From NCBI RefSeq assembly GCF_009914755.1, contig NC_060938.1: 64,000 bases of DNA. One strand, written 5' to 3'. The DNA is from the human T2T-CHM13v2.0 reference genome, Homo sapiens. Below, piece after piece: positions 56,753-64,000 of this stretch; position 1 is the first letter of the stretch, and each line of letters begins with the position of its first letter. A program made the position numbers and the translations under genes. The notes beneath the pieces are model-generated. The model saw nothing but the letters and a program-made list of their open reading frames with translations, was not told the origin of the DNA and searched no databases.

Positions 56753-57599
56753 CTCATAAAACTCTTGTTCTCATGTCTCAGCTTTATTTTTTTGCCGAAA
56801 GAGTATAGAATTCAGATGAGATTTTAGGTGGGACTTATGAAGGAGGAGAGTTGCCAAATATTTCAACAACGGAAGCAACTCTATATCTAAAATTTGATTT
56901 TGCACAAGAATTGACTGTTAATATCCATTTTTTTTCTTTCACTGGAGAAGGCAAAGCAGAACAGTGGTCTGGCTGCTTACTGGTACAGTAAGGATTGGAG
57001 AGAATAGTGAAATATGTTTCTGATTCATAGCTGATGGTTTATAGGACCGTAATGTGAGTACAAAATTATACATGAGTGTTCAACAAGGGCTAATGATGAA
57101 TAAGTACATAAAGTGTCTTCAGAGTCAGATATAGGACATTGAAGAGTAGACCAAAGCTGGCCAGTGGCCTGGACTAGAAGGGAGTCTTTTGTGTACATTG
57201 GCCAGGCCCATGTAAGGGAATGGAGCAGGAATTGCTTGTCCCTGGATTAGGTTCTTCTACTGAACTCGTGTGTCAGGCACGTGCCCAAGATTGTCAGCAA
57301 TTTTAAACAGAGGACTTTGCAAAGGCCCTCTGCCTACACAGGGTAACACTGTTGACAATTGCTTACCCAGTTCATGTAGGAAAAGCAAAAACCAACATCA
57401 ACAACAATAACAAAACAAAAACCGGCTTACTTGATCCAAGAATTTTTTCATCTATTTGCCATTGAATTGACCCCACCAACAGTGTTATGGTATCATATGA
57501 ACATAGTCTTCTGAAATTGACCCTCCCCTGTTTCTTTCTCCTTGCATATTAGCTATAGATAAATCTACGGTCTTTAGGAAATTTATTATAAGAATTTTT

Positions 57600-57931
<332 letters not shown>

Positions 57932-58876
57932 TTATGAGTTCAGTTGACAAAATGTTTTGCTTTGCTAAAAACATCAGCACACTCCTGAAACGCAAATAGT
58001 CTCCTGAAGACAATTTGTGAGTCTTAATTGTGGAATTTTCTTTTTTTTACCATGTGCTTGCAACAATCACAATTGCTTCCTAGCTCAACATCTGGAAGCA
58101 CATTTGGCTTCATTGTTAGAAAATAAATTAGCATCCCTGTTCATGAGTAAGAGACTGGACAGTGGGGACTGTGTCTCTGGTTGACAGACCAGTCATCCTT
58201 GACAACAAGGAAAAAGCTGAAATGCATCTCATTTCTGGCATTCGTGCACATCTCTCAGAACACCGAGTCTACTCAATATAAAATGGACTTTTTCCCTAGG
58301 ACGTGGAGCAAAAGATGACACTAATTGGAAATTGGCATCCTGGAAAACATTGTCAGAGTCATCTCCTCTAGGAAAATAACCATTATCTTGTGCCAGCACT
58401 GAACTGTGGGCTCCAAGGACCTGCCCATGTCTGCTCACACCTGTTCCAACATGGATGCCAATAAATGGGGGGTCAGGAGGAAATTAGACACACAGAAAAG
58501 CCACCAGAAGCCAGAGGGCCCTTTGAAAGTCTTTTGGAATTGTAATAGATTGGACAAATAGGGGATGACCTATGTAGGTGTATTTGGCTGTGGTCATGAC
58601 CATTGAGAATCCTATATCAATAACTGAACTGTAAAAAAAAAAGATTTTTATGGAGCCAGAAATAGATACTATGAAAGAGACAGAGGATTTAAGTAACCAA
58701 TATGTTTTTAAAAATATTGCAGCCTTTTCTTTTTAAATTAGGTGTGATGTACAAATATGGAGATTGAAATATGCATATGTATTTCCATTAGTATAAGTAG
58801 ATTTATACCCACTAGTATCTTGTGCCATCTCATGAATTTGGGCAGATTGTAAGTCAAATCATGTCCCAAGAAACAT

Positions 58877-59211
58877 AAATTATGCACACATATAAAATGG
58901 AAAACATCACAATTAGCATAAAAGAGGACGTTAATTCTGTTAAGCACCAGTAATATAAAGTGATTACACATTGTGATCACACTTTTCTCATTTTATCTCC
59001 CTACCTTACTGTCATACAGGGTTCCCAAAACTTTTAATTTTATGACTCCATAAGATGCAGAAGTGAGAAACAGATATAGATAACTGTTGGGTAGACAGCA
59101 GAGATGCTGCTTCTTTTTCACTATGGTATATTAATTCTTTTTCCTGCTATTTAATTAGTTAAACAAATGTTTAGGTTCAGAGACTGTGCACTGAGCACTT
59201 GGGATACAAAG
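58877..59211 (+). repeat. Segment A, source of the direct duplicate at 60970-61306
   Basis: Hand alignment gives about 19 substitutions and 3 indels over ~335 bp. Confidence 0.95.
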
Positions 59212-59225
59212 TATACAGGCCACTA

Positions 59226-59455
59226 TTAGCTGTTTATCAGATTATTGTACCACTGTCTTCGCCAAGGGTCTTGCTTCTGGTCTCACCACTTCATCATTAC
59301 ACCGCCTCCTAATTCGTTCTTTGCATTACAGTTTGTTATATTTAAAAAATGCAAATTCTATTATGTTACTTGCATGAATAAAACTCTTTAGTGGTTATCC
59401 GTTGGACTCAGGATACAGTGCCAACTCCTTGGTGGAGCACCTGAGATTCTCGTGA
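59226..59455 (+). repeat. Segment B (part of an L2 remnant), source of the inverted duplicate at 60738-60967
   Basis: Reverse complement of 60738-60967 aligns without gaps, about 20 substitutions over 230 bp. Confidence 0.95.
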
Positions 59456-59720
59456 GAGGGCTTTGGCTTGCCCTCTATCCTCACCTTGGGCCACACTCAG
59501 CGTACCTCTGATTTGATGTCACAGTTAAACAGAACTGCTTGCAATTACCTGAAAGCATCACATGGTTTCTTATCTCTAGGTCTTTGAAAAAGGCAGCCCC
59601 GACCTGGGCTGCCTTCTGCCCCTCTTTGTGTAGTTAATGCTTACTCATCTTTCCTGTCTCAACCGAGATACCATTTCCTTTGGGAAGTCTTCCATTACTT
59701 TCTTCCTACATTGCTTCAGT
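59230..59720 (+). mobile_element. L2 fragment
   Basis: 'tttaaaaaatgcaaattctattatgttact...aaaactcttt...ctcaggatacagtgccaactcctt...atttcctttgggaagtcttcc' follows the L2 3' region. Confidence 0.6.
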
Positions 59721-60737
59721 TCACATTGGCTTAATCAAGTACCATCTCTTGGTAAATAAAATGATTTATTTCACAATTCACTAGAACATGTATCATACCT
59801 TTATATCTTTCTCAGTTAAGTTTTAGGTTAAAATATAATAAATCTATGCACCTCTCCTTATTTGTTTTGTCAGTGTTTGTGCACACACCACCAGTATTTT
59901 ATTATAGCTTTGTTCAGATTGTCATATTTATTTAGCACTTACTATAGGCAAGAACAACTTTTCATCATCATCATCATTTAATCATTAAAACAATTCTTTG
60001 AAGTAGGTATTATCACTGTCATTGCATTTTCAGCTACATTTAATTAATTTTCCCAGTGTTATAGAAGCGGCAGCACTAACATCAGAGCCTACTCTCTCAT
60101 GATACAGTATTATAAGTTTCTTCTTCTCTCTCTCACAATTTAAGATTTAACTTTTTGAGGTAAGGAATAATGTCTTAATCATAGTTATGTCTCCCATCAA
60201 GCAGCACATTTTGAGAGCATAGAGAATGATTGAAAATAAAGTTCTTTGCACTTTTCCTTAAGTTGCACATAGGACTAGAGGGCAGACACCTAAAACAATA
60301 ATTTGATATAATGAGATAAATGTATTATTATAAATAGTTGCAGGGCCCTATGATATGAAGAGGAGGGATACATAGCCCAGACTTCAACTGCCTGGTCTTG
60401 TAGAAGAGACAATGCCTGAATTGAATATGAATGCACTAACTTATGATACACATTTTCACTAAATTTGTATCTAGTAGGAATTCAGGTAAAATAATCCCCT
60501 TTATGAAAAAAATTAAGGATAAACTTCAGTTATATTTTGGTAAAGGTGATAGATGGAGTATGAAGCTATTGGTCATGTTTTTGAAAAAAATGTTTCATAA
60601 GCTGTTATAACATTGTCAAGCTATTGTTAAAAAATGGCAACATGTTATGATCAAGGGCTAGATTTTCTCTAGCTTTTTTGTTTTGGCACTTTTTCTTTAA
60701 CTTTTTTGTTTTGGCATTTTTTATTTCACAAATGATT

Positions 60738-60967
60738 TCACGAGACTCTCAGGTGCTCTGCCAAGGAGCTAGCACTGTATCCTGAGACCAATTGTTAACC
60801 AATAAAGAGTTTTATTCATGCAAGTAACGTAATAGAATTTGCACTTTTGAAATATAACAAACTGTAAGGCAAAGAATGAATTAGGAGGAGGTGTAATGAT
60901 GAAGTGGTGAGACCAGAAGCAAGACCCTTGGCTAAGAGACTGGTACAATAATCTGAGAAACAGCTAA
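60738..60967 (-). repeat. Inverted copy of 59226-59455
   Basis: ~91% identity by hand alignment. Confidence 0.95.
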
Positions 60968-60969
60968 AC

Positions 60970-61306
60970 AAATTATGTACACATATAAAATGGAAAACAT
61001 CACAATTAGCATAAAAGAGAATGTTAATTCTAACGGTTAAGCACCAGTAATATAAAGTGATTACACTTTGTGATCACACTTTTCTTATTTATCTTCCTAC
61101 CTTACTCTCATACAGGGTTCCCAAAACTTTTAATTTTATGACTTCATAAGATGCAGAAGTGAGAAACAGATACAGATCACTGTTGGGTAGACAGCAGAGA
61201 TGCTGCTTCTTTTTCACCATGGCATTTTAATTCTCTTTCCTCTATTTAATTAGTTCAACAAATGTTTAGTGTCAGAGACTGTGTGCTGAGCACTTGGGAT
61301 ACAAAG
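60970..61306 (+). repeat. Direct copy of 58877-59211
   Basis: ~94% identity by hand alignment. Confidence 0.95.
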
Positions 61307-61873
61307 GATTTTTATGATTTTAGGTCTTATATTTAAATCTTTAATCCATCTTGAGTTAATTTTTGTATAAGGTGTAAGGAAAGGGTCCAGTTTCAGTTTT
61401 CTGTATACGGTTAACCAGTTTTCCCAACAGCATTTATCAAATAGGGTATTCTTTTCCCATTGCTTGTGTTTGTCAGGTTTGTCAAAGATCAGATGGTTGT
61501 AGATGTGTGGTGTTATTTCTGAGGCCTCTGTTCTGTCCCATTGGTCTATATATCAGTTTGGGTACCAGTACCGTGCTGTTTTGGTTACCGTAGCCTTGTA
61601 GTATAGTTTGAAGTCAGGTAGCGTGATGTTTTGTTCTTTTTGCTTAGGATTGTCTTTGGTATACAGGCTCTTTTTTGGTTCCATATGAAATTTAAAGTGG
61701 TTTTTTCTAATTCTATCAAGAAAGTCAATGGTAGCTTTATGGGAATAGCATTGAATCTATAAATTACTTTGGACAGTATGGCCATTTTCACGATATTGAT
61801 TCTTCCTATCCATGAGCATGGAATGTTTTTCCATTTGTTTGTATCCTCTCTTATTTCCTTGAGCGGTAGTTTG
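61305..61873 (-). mobile_element. Internal L1PA (PA7/8-like) ORF2 fragment lacking 3'UTR and poly-A
   Basis: Translates to '[43 protein letters not shown]'; truncated at both ends; no TSD seen. Confidence 0.92.
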
Positions 61874-63279
61874 GTCACTGGCACCTACGTTAAACTGAGA
61901 GCTGCTGTCTTTGGTCCTGATGGCAGTTTTTACAGAGATGCTCATGAGGGGTGTGGAGAAAGATGGGAGAGCCTGAACATTTTCTAAGATTTAGAAAAAA
62001 TTCTCCTCTCTCATTCATTTAACTAGTAAGCCTTACCTTTATTCTGCTAAGCCTATGAACATAACTTGGGAGATTTTTCTGATATTCTTGTCTTTTTAAT
62101 ACTGACCATATTCTTAGATGAGTGGTTCAAAATGCTTTCTCCCTTAGTTTTGCATTTTCCACATTGATTTCTCAATAGTCTTTGTATATGTATCATGTTA
62201 GGGAGTTTCATATTACATTATTCCTTCGTGTTCTTTTCTCCACAGACATCAGTTCAGCCTCTGTGAATTTAAAAATAAATCAAGGTGTAATTAACCTATT
62301 TATGGAAATGAAAAATTCTCTATCACATCTCCTTTCCTCCCCTACAACAAGGTATCTGCTCCTCCTGTTTGTTCTCAATAACAAACAAAATTCCTTGGGC
62401 CGATGATATTATTTGTCAGCCAGCATGGAAGAATACTGTGAGTCATTGTATTTCCTGCTATCTGTTTCTATCCTTTTTAAATATATGAAGCTTTTGCTCA
62501 TCTCTTCATTTCCTTAATATTTCCCTCATTGTAGGTCAGTAAGCTTCACACCAGCCACTATCTTTCTCGCCAGTTTACTCACTCCTCCTTTAACTTTCTT
62601 TAGACAAATCACAGATTTATTTTTGTTTCCCATTCTTTTCCAGTTATCTTAGAAATATTTTTCTCCCTGTCTTTGTTCCACTTGTGAGAAAAAGGGGGCT
62701 AATCCAGACTATTCTATATAGAGTATTGCTGGCAATATCTCTATAGTAAAGAGAGTGAAACCTGGAAGCTTTGATGTGGAATTAGGGAGAATAAAGAACC
62801 AGTGCCTTGAACTTCTAAACCCAATGAAAATACACAGTAAATGCATTCAGGGTCTTTGAAAGTCAACGTTTGCTTCCTTATCTTTCTCTAATTAAATCTA
62901 CTCTCACAGAACAGAATCTTGATTTTTGTTTTGTGTTTCTCTTTGCTGTTTCAAGGATATTGTTTGCTACAATTGTTCTAACACAATTGTACAATATTTC
63001 AGTTCCCATTGAGGTTAAAAATGCTTTTGCTAAGTGGACCCTTACAGATGATGCATAACGTTTCATTTTGTCTTTGAGGTCAAAGCAATCAGCATATGAC
63101 TTTTTGAAAACATTTATTTCCATCAAGGGACTACTGTGTACTAATTTCTTATGCTTGATGAATTTTATTAAATATTTTATTGCCAATCGTTTATTTTCAA
63201 AACTGAATGCCTCCACTTCCTTTGCATCAAACAAATAACCACCTTAATAGGTAGGTTACTAACACTCCAGTTTTTAATG

Positions 63280-63560
63280 TCTATTCATTTATTCATATGG
63301 CAATTCTTTACAACAGTTAATCATAGAATGCTTAGTACATACCAGGCATCATGCTAAGTCCTGAGACAGAGATATTTAAGAAATCCAAATTTCAGGTGCT
63401 CACACTCCAGTGGAGGATGTCAGATGAGTAAAAAGAATTATAAGATAGTGACAATTATAAGATAGTGACAATTATAAGATAGTGACTAAATGATAACAGA
63501 GATATAAAGTGCCCTAGGAACACAGAAGAGGGTACTAACTTATGCACTGAGGTCCAGACC
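63280..63560 (-). mobile_element. L2 3' fragment
   Basis: 'attcatttattca...accaggcatcatgctaagtcctgagaca...tgctcacactccagtgga'. Confidence 0.55.
63436..63486. repeat. Perfect 3 x 17-bp tandem repeat (aattataagatagtgac)
   Basis: Units at 63436-63452, 63453-63469 and 63470-63486 are identical. Confidence 0.95.
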
Positions 63561-63699
63561 TGGAAACTTTACTCTCAGAAGGGTTTTACTTGTATGTTAG
63601 GCGGTGGAAAGAAACTAACAATTGTAATGTAACCTTGAAGAATTAACCTCATTGGACTAATAGCTGAGCAGTGATTTCTAGGCCTGATTGTCATACATC

Positions 63700-63830
63700 T
63701 GGTGTAGTAGTATGGGCTTTGGAATTAGACACTACTTACTAAGTAGTGGCCCCTCTAAGATTCAGTTTTCTTATCTACAAAATTGGAATGATGACACCTG
63801 CCTCATTTAGCTTGAATGAGATAATGATGT
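63700..63830 (+). mobile_element. MIR SINE
   Basis: 'ctaagattcagttttcttatctacaaaattggaatgatgacacctgcctca'. Confidence 0.65.
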
Positions 63831-64000
63831 TTCTATCTTTTCTTTAAGCCCCTCCTGATGGAATTTAGAAATAACAAGAGTAGTGGAAAAATTGAACTCT
63901 GATAATCACACTTGGTAAACTCAAGCCCCAGGTTAAGCAATTTACATACCTAATTCTTTAGATCATCATCACAACCTTATTAGGTACATATTATTATTTC

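Noticed and set aside
59226-60967. Idea that B and B' are two independent L2 insertions
   Set aside because: About 91% ungapped identity is far higher than expected between independent L2 copies, and B' directly abuts the duplicated unique segment A'.
61305-61873. Idea that this L1 piece was copied from the L1PA at 33757-35268
   Set aside because: It extends ~230 bp beyond that copy's 5' truncation point and differs at many positions, so it has another source.
62878-63234. 118-aa ORF in unique sequence
   Set aside because: Non-ATG start, no recognisable homology or motif, and no supporting exon structure; compatible with chance. A BLASTP or PhyloCSF hit would change this.

Overview
Primate (most likely human) non-coding genomic DNA, intergenic or deep-intronic and rich in repeats. 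No protein-coding gene, RNA gene or processed pseudogene of a cellular gene can be supported. The only recognisable protein fragments in the ORF track are decayed LINE-1 ORF2p pieces; the other ORFs are Alu, LTR or chance frames. The window holds 13 Alus (the first 11 all on the minus strand), about 17 solo or partial LTRs (LTR12C-like, LTR12F-like, LTR1, MER4A, MER21, MER39, THE1, MSTA, several MLT1, LTR16C, LTR33), L1/L2/MIR fragments, DNA-transposon fossils (Tigger3c, MER5A, MER81, MER103, MER112) and microsatellites. The most unusual structure is a complex insertion at ~60738-61873. It consists of an inverted copy of 59226-59455, a direct copy of 58877-59211 and an internal L1 ORF2 fragment with no 3' end, joined through 2-nt microhomologies. 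Other oddities are two Alus inserted successively into the same target site, three multi-level nested insertions, an Alu at the junction of an old 70-bp tandem duplication, a strong G-quadruplex motif and several small perfect duplications. Repeat subfamily names come from recalled consensus sequences and need RepeatMasker/Dfam confirmation. Identities were counted by eye. I found no evidence for a new gene system.
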